64,000 nucleotides of DNA. It comes from Actinomycetota bacterium (GTDB lineage: Bacteria > Actinomycetota > UBA4738 > HRBIN12). Below, piece after piece: positions 24,503-34,738 of the stretch (position 1 is its first letter; each line of letters begins with the position of its first letter). The stretch covers positions 10,296 to 74,295 of the forward strand of contig JBFMCN010000007.1 of the NCBI GenBank assembly GCA_040754475.1. Direction: 5' to 3'. A program made the position numbers and the translations under genes. Below the pieces are notes generated by a model, which was not told the DNA's origin, did no database searches, and saw only the letters and a list, made by a program, of their open reading frames with translations.

Positions 24503-26914
24503 ATGAGGCCTGAAGACTCTGAGCCGGCGCGCCCGGCCACCTGGAGCGAGCCCATCATCCACCTCGAGGAAGTCGAGGCTGAGGGGACCACGCGGTCGGG
24601 AGCGGTCCGATCCTTGTCGTCTACCGATCCGGCGGAGCGAGCGGGAGCTCTGGCCGACCTCGTCCGGTGGGGGCTCACCGCACGTGACGTCGAGGCGGTC
24701 TCAGAGCTGCTCCTCGACCCAGTCGTGAGGCTGCGGCGGCAGGCCGCCGAGGCGCTCGCTGGACGCGCCGATGACGTCGACCTGGCGAGGTTGGAGGCGG
24801 CGCTCGACGACCCGGCGGACGAGGTTAGGGCGACCGCCGTCAGTCTGGCCGCGTCTCGACGCGCGCCGGAGCTGGCGAGCCTGTTTCCGCTCGTCGCGAC
24901 GCGTCGGTGGCGGCTTGCTCAGGAGCGGGTCCTGGACGTGCTTCCGGGTCTCGTGCACCGAGCAGGTCTATCGGAGGTGGAGCTCACGTCGCTGCTGCAG
25001 TCGGTCGCGAGGCTGCCCTCACCGCCGCGCGCGTCCGAGCGGGAGCGTCTGGCGGAACTGGCACGGGCGGTCGGCCGAGATCGGCTCGTGCAGGCGCTGT
25101 CCTTCTCGGACAGCCGGAGGCTCGGGGCCGTCCGGCTCCTCGCCGCGGAGGGCCGGCTGGCTTCGCTCCGCGCGATCGCCGGTCTTGGGTCGGATCCACT
25201 CGACGATGTCCGGATCGAAGCAAGCATGGCACGCGAGCGTCTGGAAGAGGCTGCTCGGCACCCGAGCGCAGGAGCAAGACCGCCGGAGAAGCTCGATCTG
25301 GTTGCGATCGAGCGCGGGACCGACTCGGAGGCGGTCGGGTTCCTGGTCGGCGCCCTGCTGGATCCGGACCGCGAGGTGCGTGATCGTGCCTGGGGCGCGC
25401 TCACCTTGGTGGACTGGGACGCCGTCTTGGGCTGGGTCCGGGAGGCGCTACGGATCGGCTCGGACGAAGATGCCGCGCTGGCCGCCCACGTGGCCGAACG
25501 GCTGATGCTGTCGCAGGTCGCCGTCGCGATCATGGAGCGTGGAGCGCGGGTCCCTCAGGAGGGGCGGGGGCCATTCGAGAGCGCGCTGACGTCGTTCGGC
25601 CTTGAGCCGCCGGCGCTGGCGGCGGCCGTGCTGGAGACGGACGAACGCTGGCGCGCCGCAGCCGTGAGGATCGCCTGGATGGCGGGAGGTCGTGCCGTCG
25701 TGCCCCACCTGGCCCGGTTCCTCGAGGATCCCGCCGGGCCCGTCCGGAGGGCGACGCTCGAAGTGATGGACGACGCGGGAGATCCGGCCGCGCGGCGGAT
25801 CGCGCTCGAGTCCCTCGTGACGGACCCATCCTCCGCCGTGAGGCTGGCCGCCGTGAAGGTCCTCGCAACGGCGCCGTGGGACTTCCGTGCGACGGCGCTT
25901 GAACGAGCGGTGCGCGACCCCGACCCCGACGTGCGCGTTTCGGCGGCACGGATTCTCCCTCACGAGTTGCCGGACGAGGGGTTCCTTCGCCTGCTTCCGG
26001 CCCTGGAGGACGGGGACGAGCGTGTCTGGCGAGAGGCCGTCCGGCACCTGGCGGCGCTCGACAGGGACCCGAGCGCCGTCTGGCAGGGTCTGGCGCTCTC
26101 TCCGGAGAGCAGGCGCGGTCCGATGATCGAAGCTCTCGCCGAGACGGGAGCGGAGCGCCTGGAGCAACTGGCGCTCCTTGGCCTTCGGTCGCCCAGCGCG
26201 AAGACCCGTGCCCTGGCCGTCGAGCTCGCTGCCATAGGCGCAACGCCGGCGTGCCTCCAGGGCACGATCGACGCTCTGGACGATCCCGATGCGTCGGTTC
26301 GCCGAGCTGCCGCTCGCGGACTCGCCGAGCTCGGCCACGCAGCCTCTGTGCCGGCGCTCTCGGAAGTGCTGTCCGATCCGGACCGCAGCGTTCGGCTGGA
26401 GGCCGTTCGCGCGCTGGCGGGGATCGACGACCACACGGCGATACCGTCTCTCGCCACGGCTGCCCTCGATCCCGAGCCGGATGTCCGGGAGGCCGCCGTG
26501 CGGGCCCTCGGCTCGATGCGGATGGGAGGGGCCAGCGCCGATCTCGTCATCGATCGCGTGCTCGAGCTCGGCTCGGAGGCGGCACCGCGGGGAGGATGGC
26601 TGCTGCAGCGGATCGTTGGGTTCGAGTCGTTCCTGGAGCGGTTGGGCTCGCTCGAACCGGCGGAGCGACTTCGAGCGGTGGTCTCCCTGGCGACGATCGG
26701 CGGTCCGCGCGCCGTGGATGCGCTGATCGGGTCCCTGGGTGACCCCGACCGGAGCGTGCGCCTAGGCGTCCTTCGCGCCCTTGGAGAACTGGGCGACCGG
26801 CGCGCACGCGACGCGGTCGAACGAACCGCGCACTCCGATCCGGTCCCGGAGGTGGCGGCCGCCGCCAGGGAGATACTGCGTGAACTGCCTGAACCTGGAG
26901 ACATGCCCGAGTAG
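24503..26914 (+). CDS. large HEAT-repeat (PBS-lyase-type) protein, 803 aa
   Basis: More than 15 tandem repeats of the type LDDPDASVRRAAARGLAELG / LSDPDRSVRLEAVRALAGI. Confidence 0.75.
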   Translation: MRPEDSEPARPATWSEPIIHLEEVEAEGTTRSGAVRSLSSTDPAERAGALADLVRWGLTARDVEAVSELLLDPVVRLRRQAAEALAGRADDVDLARLEAALDDPADEVRATAVSLAASRRAPELASLFPLVATRRWRLAQERVLDVLPGLVHRAGLSEVELTSLLQSVARLPSPPRASERERLAELARAVGRDRLVQALSFSDSRRLGAVRLLAAEGRLASLRAIAGLGSDPLDDVRIEASMARERLEEAARHPSAGARPPEKLDLVAIERGTDSEAVGFLVGALLDPDREVRDRAWGALTLVDWDAVLGWVREALRIGSDEDAALAAHVAERLMLSQVAVAIMERGARVPQEGRGPFESALTSFGLEPPALAAAVLETDERWRAAAVRIAWMAGGRAVVPHLARFLEDPAGPVRRATLEVMDDAGDPAARRIALESLVTDPSSAVRLAAVKVLATAPWDFRATALERAVRDPDPDVRVSAARILPHELPDEGFLRLLPALEDGDERVWREAVRHLAALDRDPSAVWQGLALSPESRRGPMIEALAETGAERLEQLALLGLRSPSAKTRALAVELAAIGATPACLQGTIDALDDPDASVRRAAARGLAELGHAASVPALSEVLSDPDRSVRLEAVRALAGIDDHTAIPSLATAALDPEPDVREAAVRALGSMRMGGASADLVIDRVLELGSEAAPRGGWLLQRIVGFESFLERLGSLEPAERLRAVVSLATIGGPRAVDALIGSLGDPDRSVRLGVLRALGELGDRRARDAVERTAHSDPVPEVAAAAREILRELPEPGDMPE

Positions 26915-27595
26915 GTGGCGGCGATTCGCCGCGGCTCCTATGCTCCATGTCGTCTTCTGGTCATGCCCGAGCCGGAGGCCCGGCCTGGGCGCGTTCCCAA
27001 GGGGGGGAGGCCGGCGTCCGTCGAGATCATCGTCGGAGGGGCCGCAGTAGCCCTTGTAGCCGCGGTTGCGGTGCTGCTCTGGCGTCGCGAGCTGCGAAGG
27101 GCGCGAGTGATCCCCATGTCCGCGCCTGATGCCGAGGACCAGGGGTGGTCGTTCGGTCCGCGCGGTGGTGACAGATCCGCGATCGAAGAAGTGCCGCATG
27201 AAGCCGACGCGGCAGGCTTGCCCCCTGACTCGTCGGACGCTCCGCCGCCGGGGCCGGAGGCGGAAGCGACGCACGCAGAAGGGGTGTCCGACGCCGGCAC
27301 GGAAGGGTCCCGGCCGGGGGGAGGGCCCGCGTTTCCGGCCGACTCGGCCTCTGACATGGTCCTGCTGGAGCTGCTCGACGACGAGCGGCCCTCGGTGCGA
27401 CGTAACGCCGTTATCGCGCTCGCGGTAGGGCGTGGGGCACACGCGCTCCGGGGGCTTTCCTACGCCGCTTCGCAAGATCCCTCGGTAGAGGTGCGCCGGG
27501 AGGCCATCCTCGGCCTCGGCTCGCTCATGGGGAAGCGGTCCGAGTCTGTGGAGAGCCCTCAGACGCAGGGAGTTGGGCCCACCGACGACGCATGA
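26915..27595 (+). CDS. membrane-anchored protein with acidic Pro-rich linker and C-terminal HEAT-like repeats
   Basis: Starts immediately after the large HEAT gene stop. TM segment VEIIVGGAAVALVAAVAVLLW, then LDDERPSVRRNAVIALAVG...DPSVEVRREAILGLG. Confidence 0.5.
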   Translation: MAAIRRGSYAPCRLLVMPEPEARPGRVPKGGRPASVEIIVGGAAVALVAAVAVLLWRRELRRARVIPMSAPDAEDQGWSFGPRGGDRSAIEEVPHEADAAGLPPDSSDAPPPGPEAEATHAEGVSDAGTEGSRPGGGPAFPADSASDMVLLELLDDERPSVRRNAVIALAVGRGAHALRGLSYAASQDPSVEVRREAILGLGSLMGKRSESVESPQTQGVGPTDDA

Positions 27596-27649
27596 GCCCG
27601 GCCCTTCGCGCGGTCCGAGACGACCGGGAGCCGCCTGGGTATCTAAGGC

Positions 27650-27802
27650 CTAGGAAGCCTTCCCCAGGATCCGTGTGATCTTGGTCTTGCAGACCGGGCA
27701 TTCGCCCTGAGCGGCCCGGCGGCCGTTCTTGAAGGTCACTTCCGCGCCCTCGAACTCGCGCTTTGCCCGGCACTTGACGCAGTACCCCTCGTACTTGGCC
27801 AT
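27650..27802 (-). CDS. unannotated 50-aa zinc-ribbon protein (CxxC-N23-CxxC)
   Basis: Minus-strand ATG at 27802 to TAG at 27650 encodes MAKYEGYCVKCRAKREFEGAEVTFKNGRRAAQGECPVCKTKITRILGKAS. It is not in the ORF track because it is under 60 aa. Divergent from groEL. Confidence 0.6.
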   Translation of the reverse strand: MAKYEGYCVKCRAKREFEGAEVTFKNGRRAAQGECPVCKTKITRILGKAS

Positions 27803-27918
27803 GCTGGCCTCCTTGACCCCATAGCCTTCGAGGCCGCCTCACTGGCGGCCTCCTGAGCACGATGCTCCCCCCTGCCAGGCACGGATGCAAGCACCTGTCG
27901 TCGCTCCCTCCCCGTCCC

Positions 27919-27949
27919 TTGCCAGAACCCCCCGCCGTGTGGCTACAAT
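27919..27949 (+). promoter_or_regulatory. putative sigma-A-type promoter of groEL
   Basis: TTGCCA (27919-27924) and TACAAT (27944-27949) with a long 19-nt spacer, directly abutting CIRCE. Confidence 0.35.
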
Positions 27950-27952
27950 GCG

Positions 27953-27979
27953 TTAGCACTCCGAGCTTGTGAGTGCTAG
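27953..27979. promoter_or_regulatory. CIRCE element (HrcA operator)
   Basis: TTAGCACTC-cgagcttgt-GAGTGCTAG is a near-perfect match to the consensus TTAGCACTC-N9-GAGTGCTAA. It lies 60 nt upstream of the groEL ATG. Confidence 0.85.
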
Positions 27980-27999
27980 CAATCACCGGGCATTGGTGA

Positions 28000-29658
<1,659 letters not shown>

Positions 29659-29691
29659 GCTCACTGCGGGACCGCCCGCGGCAACGGTGAT

Positions 29692-29737
29692 CGGAACCCC
29701 GAATGAGGCTCCGAGGGGCGCCTCATTCGGGGTTCCG
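29692..29737. terminator. long perfect hairpin after groEL (intrinsic-terminator candidate)
   Basis: CGGAACCCCGAATGAGGC...GCCTCATTCGGGGTTCCG forms a stem of about 18 bp, 34 nt after the groEL stop. No obvious U tract. Confidence 0.5.
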
Positions 29738-29745
29738 GCGTTCGC

Positions 29746-30582
29746 GTGACACAATCCGATGGTGTGGGGGTCACCGAGGTCGGGTCGAAGCTCGAGGACC
29801 TGCGTGCCTGGTTCGCGCCCCTCTCGCGCGTGGTGGTGGCGTACTCCGGGGGGGCCGACTCCACCCTGGTGGCGGCCGTCGCGGCGGCGGCCATCGGGGA
29901 ACGCGCTCTGGCCGTCACGGCCATCTCGCCCTCCCTCCCGCCGGGAGAGCTGTCCGAGGCGAGGCAAGTGGCCCATCTCATCGGCGTCCGGCACAGGCTC
30001 GTCCGCACGCGCGAGACCGGAAGGGCCGAGTACCTGGCCAACGGCCCCGATCGTTGCTACCACTGCAGGATCGATGTGTACGGCGTGCTGGCCGGAATCG
30101 CCGAGGAGGCAGGAGGCGCCGTTGTCGTCTCGGGGACCAACGTCGACGACCTCCGTGACCACCGGCCTGGGCTCCTGGCTGCGGAGGAGCGCGGGGTGCG
30201 CCACCCGTTGGCGGAGACTGGGTTCTCGAAGGCCGACGTACGGGAGGCCGGGTGCATGCTCGGTCTGCCAACCTGGAACAAGCCGTCGTCGGCATGCCTG
30301 TCGTCCAGGATCCCGTACGGGGTGAGGATCACCGTGGACGACCTCAGGAGGATCGGACGGGCCGAGCGGTTGCTGAAGGAGCTCGGCTTCCTCCAGTGCC
30401 GGGTCAGAGTCCACAATGAGATCGCTCGTATCGAGGTGGAGCTCGAAGACATACCGCGCCTTGCCGAGGGGCCGATCCGAGATCAGATCCTCGAAGGCCT
30501 GCGAGGTCTCGGCTTCAGGTACGTCGCGCTCGACCTCGAGGGGTACCGTTCCGGAAGCATGAACCCCGAGGGCGCGCCATGA
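29746..30582 (+). CDS. LarE-family PP-loop ATP pyrophosphatase / sulfur transferase (TIGR00268-like)
   Basis: PP-loop VVAYSGGADS, RCYHCR, SGTNVDD, and PTWNKPSSACLSSRIPYG carrying the conserved candidate sacrificial Cys. Colinear with LarE. Confidence 0.8.
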   Translation: MTQSDGVGVTEVGSKLEDLRAWFAPLSRVVVAYSGGADSTLVAAVAAAAIGERALAVTAISPSLPPGELSEARQVAHLIGVRHRLVRTRETGRAEYLANGPDRCYHCRIDVYGVLAGIAEEAGGAVVVSGTNVDDLRDHRPGLLAAEERGVRHPLAETGFSKADVREAGCMLGLPTWNKPSSACLSSRIPYGVRITVDDLRRIGRAERLLKELGFLQCRVRVHNEIARIEVELEDIPRLAEGPIRDQILEGLRGLGFRYVALDLEGYRSGSMNPEGAP

Positions 30583-30812
30583 CGAAGGCTCGGTTTCACC
30601 TGACGCTCCCCGGACACCTGGCCGATGAGCCGGTGATCCACCGTGTGGGACTGAACTTCGGTCTTTCCACGAACATCCGGCGTGCCAACATCGAGGAGAG
30701 GCACGGCTGGGTGATCCTCGAGATGGATGGAACGGACGACGCGATTGCACAGGCCGTGGCCTGGCTGCTTGAGCAGGGGGTGCAGGTGAGCCGCCTCCAG
30801 GTCACCGCATAG
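30579..30812 (+). CDS. stand-alone NIL-domain protein
   Basis: 77 aa: ARFHLTLPGHLADEPVIHRVGLNFGLSTNIRRANIEERHGWVILEMDGTDDAIAQAVAWLLEQGVQV matches the NIL domain (MetN C-terminal-like). The ATG overlaps the LarE-like stop (ATGA). Confidence 0.7.
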   Translation: MTKARFHLTLPGHLADEPVIHRVGLNFGLSTNIRRANIEERHGWVILEMDGTDDAIAQAVAWLLEQGVQVSRLQVTA

Positions 30813-30847
30813 GCGGGCGTCGGGCGAGTACGCGCGGCGGTGACGGA

Positions 30848-32149
30848 TTACCGGCCCGGCGCGACGCCGACGATCCGTCGCGCGTATGCGAAGTGGTCGC
30901 GATACCAGCCGTCGGCCACGTTCAGGATCGTGACGCCGCCGAGGCTGCTCGAGGAATCGATCGCCCAACCGCCCCCGATGTAGACGTCGACGTGGTCGAC
31001 GGTCCCGTCGCTGTTGCCGTCGTAGAACATCAGGTCGCCCGCTCGGAGGTTCTTGAAGCTCACCTTGCGCCCGGTGGAGGCCATGTCGGACGATGATCGC
31101 TGCGGAAGCGACCATCCCGTGTACTCGCGCGGCGGGACGTTGTCCCACCCACTCTCAGCTGCCTTCATCACCCACCAGGTGGCGCCAGAGCAGTCGAAAC
31201 CGCCGACGGGCTGGTCGCCGCAGCAGTAGCCGTCTGGAGAAGCCTCGTACCACTCACCGCCGTACACGTACGGATAGCCGACGTAGTCGATCGCGAACTG
31301 AACGATCTGCTGCTTCTGCGGCCCGAGATTGGGGAGTGTGATGGTGGCGTACCCGACGAGCTCGTCGAGCATCCATGAGGGCATCGTTGCGGCTCGGTAC
31401 AGAGACCACGCGACCTCTGCGCGTGGCAGGGACGAGTCGGGTCCTACGTCCAGCGACTCGTCCGAATGGTTGTAGCGGAGACCGATCCGCATACCGATCA
31501 GGAGCGTGCCGAAGTCCTGAGGCACCGAGAACGTGGTCCCGTTCCGCGTGTGGACGGCATCGAGGCCGCTCGCCGGGTCGCCGAGACCTACGGCCAGCAC
31601 AAGGGCCCTGTGAGCGGACCTGGTCGTCACGGTCTCGTTGGGTTGGAAGCTGCCGTCGGAACCCGTCGTCATCCATCCCAGCTTCACGGCGATGTTCGCG
31701 TATTCGTAGGAGGGGTCAGTCGGGGGCAGGTCGGGAAACGCGATGGCTGGATCGGTTGGCTCATCGGAAGCGAAGGCGCGAACCACCGAGCGGGCAAACA
31801 GGGCGCGAGTCTCGAGATCGTCGGGTCGGAACGGGTACTTGCCGTCCTCGTTCGGAGGATCGTCGCGCATCCAGTCGTTGGTTGCCCCCACGTAGTCGAT
31901 CGCGGCGCGGGCCCAGTGTCGCTTCGGCACGTCTGACCACTTGATTCCGTTGGCTCCCTTCCGCGGGGCACGGACAGCCAGCGCCGGCATCCCGGCGTCC
32001 CGATCCCCCGTACGTAGCCACGTCGCGTCGGGGGCCGCGTGCGCTCCTGCCGGTACGGGCTGGATGAGCGTCGTGCACGAGAGGGCAGCGAGCACGGCGA
32101 ACAGACGCCGCTGGGGCCACGACGATGTCATACAGGCGTCCTCGGTCAT
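30848..32149 (-). CDS. secreted SLH-domain / NlpC-P60 (C40) cell-wall hydrolase
   Basis: Signal peptide, two SLH-like segments (WSDVPKRHWARAAIDYVG; FPDLPPTDPSYEYANIAVKLGW) and a C-terminal C40 domain (GFDCSGATWWV...H...). The likely real start is the Met at 32131. Confidence 0.75.
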   Translation of the reverse strand: MTEDACMTSSWPQRRLFAVLAALSCTTLIQPVPAGAHAAPDATWLRTGDRDAGMPALAVRAPRKGANGIKWSDVPKRHWARAAIDYVGATNDWMRDDPPNEDGKYPFRPDDLETRALFARSVVRAFASDEPTDPAIAFPDLPPTDPSYEYANIAVKLGWMTTGSDGSFQPNETVTTRSAHRALVLAVGLGDPASGLDAVHTRNGTTFSVPQDFGTLLIGMRIGLRYNHSDESLDVGPDSSLPRAEVAWSLYRAATMPSWMLDELVGYATITLPNLGPQKQQIVQFAIDYVGYPYVYGGEWYEASPDGYCCGDQPVGGFDCSGATWWVMKAAESGWDNVPPREYTGWSLPQRSSSDMASTGRKVSFKNLRAGDLMFYDGNSDGTVDHVDVYIGGGWAIDSSSSLGGVTILNVADGWYRDHFAYARRIVGVAPGR

Positions 32150-32320
32150 GGCGCGCCAAGACTTGAGTCGGCCTTCTGGGGTTCAGATGAGACCCCTTTC
32201 GTCCGATGGAAACGTAGGGAATCTGGCCGACAGGTCTCGCCGACCCGATACGATCGGCGGCGTGACGGCCAAGCAGGCTTCGAGAGTCCTCGAAGTGGAT
32301 CGGGGGATCCGGAGGCGTTG

Positions 32321-32515
32321 ATGTTTGCCTGGGCGTACTTGGACGGCACCGGGGAAGAGGTCGGCCGCTCGCAGCGGTTCGCCGACACCGAGGCGGCGGA
32401 GGAATGGATGGGAGCCTGCTGGCGGGACCTCTACGAAAACGGCGTCGAGGAGGTCGCGCTCCACGACCACATGCGCAACCGCCGCCTGTACAGGATGGGC
32501 CTCGGGGCCGAGTGA
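32321..32515 (+). CDS. hypothetical 64-aa protein
   Basis: ATG preceded by GGAGG 7 nt upstream. MFAWAYLDGTGEEVGRSQRFADTEAAEEWMGACWRDLYENGVEEVALHDHMRNRRLYRMGLGAE. Confidence 0.35.
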   Translation: MFAWAYLDGTGEEVGRSQRFADTEAAEEWMGACWRDLYENGVEEVALHDHMRNRRLYRMGLGAE

Positions 32516-32539
32516 GGATCGGCCGGGCCTGCGGGATCG

Positions 32540-33661
32540 TCAGGCGGTGTCTGCCTCTCGGTCCCCCTCCGCCCGCCACCTGGCCTGCAGGCGCTTCATC
32601 AGTTCCGGCATCGTGGTGTACTCGAGCTCGTCCAGACCGATCCGGTGTGGCTCGAATGGACCCATCCGCCGCATGTAGTCGGCGGTTCGGAGCGCGATCT
32701 GCCGGGCGCGGTCGAAGCCCAGATCGGCGAACATGTCTCGGGGGCCGTTGAGCCTCCCGTCCTTCACCTGGAAGCCGAGCGCGACGATTCGCGGCGGCCC
32801 GTCGAATCGGGACGGCGTGGCGTCCTCGATGCTCGTCGGCATGAGCGGCCCGAAGTGCGAACCGCGCATCCATCCTGCCACCAGATGTGGGAATGCGAAG
32901 GGCTCGAGCACCTCGCCGACGGCAGGTAGGCCGCTCTGACACCGGACGATGAGCACGGGGTCGTCCTTACCCACGTACCGCCCGGCCATGAGGGACAGAC
33001 GCTGGGTGGACGTGGCGGCCGCCACGATCCCGTCGCTTCGGGAGCGAACGCGCCTGATCACGAAGCTGTGGGGAGCACCGACCAGCATCAGCAAGTCGTA
33101 GTAGTCCTCGGGCGTTCGCAGATCGACCGCTTGGTCCTCCTTGAGGTCGAGGACCTCGAACTCGAACCCGGAGTGCAACTTGGGGTCGATCACGAGACCG
33201 ATGGAGGAGAACGGGTCGGCGAACATCCTGGACAGGGGGAGGTTGAAGGCGCCGGGCTCGGTCTTGTCCGCCAGGAACACGAGGACTGGTTCGCTCGGCC
33301 GCTCGACGAAGGTCATCTCCGCGTAGCCCGGCCCCATGCCTCGCAGGTTGCCGCTGAAGGCGTCGGTCAGGAGGTCCTGCCCGGCTCCGTACATCCCGAG
33401 CCTCGTAGCCACCTCGGTGGTCGCCTTGAAGACGTCCCAGGCAAACCCGTGGACGCGCTCGCTGTTGGCGCCGTGCTGGTGCGTCAGGATGAGAGCGAGG
33501 TCGTCTCCGACACGGTTCACCTGTCCGTCGATCACGAGGCCCGCATCCACGGCCTCACGTACTCGCTCCCTCGCCACTTGAACCATCTCGGGGTGGACCT
33601 CGGTGTGACCCACGAAACCGCCGGTATCGGCCTTGATAACGGACAGCGTGACCTCCATCAC
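32540..33661 (-). CDS. fbp: bifunctional fructose-1,6-bisphosphate aldolase/phosphatase (class V FBPase)
   Basis: Colinear with archaeal FBP aldolase/phosphatase: VTLSVIKADTGG, HVGDDL, GQDLLTDAFSGNLRGMGPG, KTEPGAFNLP, YVGKDDPV, PHLVAGWMRGSHFGPLMP, FDGPPR. Confidence 0.9.
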   Translation of the reverse strand: MMEVTLSVIKADTGGFVGHTEVHPEMVQVARERVREAVDAGLVIDGQVNRVGDDLALILTHQHGANSERVHGFAWDVFKATTEVATRLGMYGAGQDLLTDAFSGNLRGMGPGYAEMTFVERPSEPVLVFLADKTEPGAFNLPLSRMFADPFSSIGLVIDPKLHSGFEFEVLDLKEDQAVDLRTPEDYYDLLMLVGAPHSFVIRRVRSRSDGIVAAATSTQRLSLMAGRYVGKDDPVLIVRCQSGLPAVGEVLEPFAFPHLVAGWMRGSHFGPLMPTSIEDATPSRFDGPPRIVALGFQVKDGRLNGPRDMFADLGFDRARQIALRTADYMRRMGPFEPHRIGLDELEYTTMPELMKRLQARWRAEGDREADTA

Positions 33662-33813
33662 TCCTCCTTGAGTCGCACGACTCCAGGCTGGCGCTGTTCG
33701 CCCGCGTCAGTCAGGGTCGAGGGGTCCGGGACCGGCGGGACGGTCGGCCGTCCCCGCGGGGCCGTTGGGACCGCCCCGCGGGACGGCAGCGCTGGGTCAG
33801 GTGACTGCACCGC

Positions 33814-33957
33814 TCAGGGCAGGTAGGAGGGGGGATCTTCCGCGAAGTCCTCCATGCACCCCTCGGAGCAGAAGTAGTACGTCGTCCCCTCGTGCTCGTG
33901 TTTCCACTCGGCGGTTGCCGGGTCCACCTCCATGCCGCAAACGGGATCGATCTCCAC
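33814..33957 (-). CDS. YHS/TRASH-domain metal-binding small protein
   Basis: DPVCGMEVDPATAEWKHEHEGTTYYFCSEGC is the YHS pattern. GTG at 33957 with GAGGAGG 8 nt upstream. The track ORF extends further 5'. Confidence 0.6.
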   Translation of the reverse strand: MEIDPVCGMEVDPATAEWKHEHEGTTYYFCSEGCMEDFAEDPPSYLP

Positions 33958-34070
33958 GGCAGGAACCTCCTCAAGTTGGCTGGGGGAACACCCGAAGGAT
34001 ACGCTCGAGACAGGGCTGCGAAGGCCGCAGACCGGTCGGTCGTTGCCGCGGCGAGTGGCGGGAGCCTCGG

Positions 34071-34736
34071 ATGATGGAGCAGCGGACGTCTTCGGGTGGC
34101 CTCGCACCCGCGCTCGCGATCCTCGGAGGCGTGCTGGTCATGGCTGGATCGGTCCTGGACTGGGCGACGGCTTCGGCCGGAGGGTTCAGCACGTCGGCCA
34201 AGGGGATCAACGGTTGGGAAGGGAAGGTCACGATCGTCTGTGGGATCTCCATGGTCATCGCGGGCGTTTCTTCCTTCGTCGGCGCGACCGGAGGCAAGAA
34301 CCGGCTGCGGGTGTCTGCGCTGGTAGGAGGGGCGGGGGCGGCCGCGATCAGCATCTACAGCGCGATGAGCGCCGAGGATCAGGTGATCGACGGAGTTGCC
34401 ACAGAGCTGGCCAAGCAGCAGGCCGTCGCAGTCGAAATCGCCCGTGCGGCGGTCCAGGAAGCGATCGACCGGGGGCAGTTCGCGGTCTCGCTCGAGATAG
34501 GGATCTACTTGGTGATCGTCGGCGGGATCATCGGGATCGTCGCGGCGATCCTTGCGATGATGTCCCGCTCGGCCGCCCCACGTGCGCCGGCTCCCGCCGC
34601 GGGACTGACCGGCTGGTCCGCACCCGCCGCTCCGTACATACGTCCGCCCATGCCCTCCGACCAGGAATCCGCGAGCGAGAAATCCATCGGCGACGGGTTC
34701 TCAGAGGGTAGACTGCCCCCACCACCACCCAACTAG
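34071..34736 (+). CDS. hypothetical integral membrane protein
   Basis: ATG at 34071 (MMEQRTSSGGLAPALAILGGVLVMAG...) with multiple hydrophobic helices and a Pro-rich C-terminus. The upstream part of track ORF 33765..34736 was rejected. Confidence 0.55.
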   Translation: MMEQRTSSGGLAPALAILGGVLVMAGSVLDWATASAGGFSTSAKGINGWEGKVTIVCGISMVIAGVSSFVGATGGKNRLRVSALVGGAGAAAISIYSAMSAEDQVIDGVATELAKQQAVAVEIARAAVQEAIDRGQFAVSLEIGIYLVIVGGIIGIVAAILAMMSRSAAPRAPAPAAGLTGWSAPAAPYIRPPMPSDQESASEKSIGDGFSEGRLPPPPPN

Positions 34737-34738
34737 CC

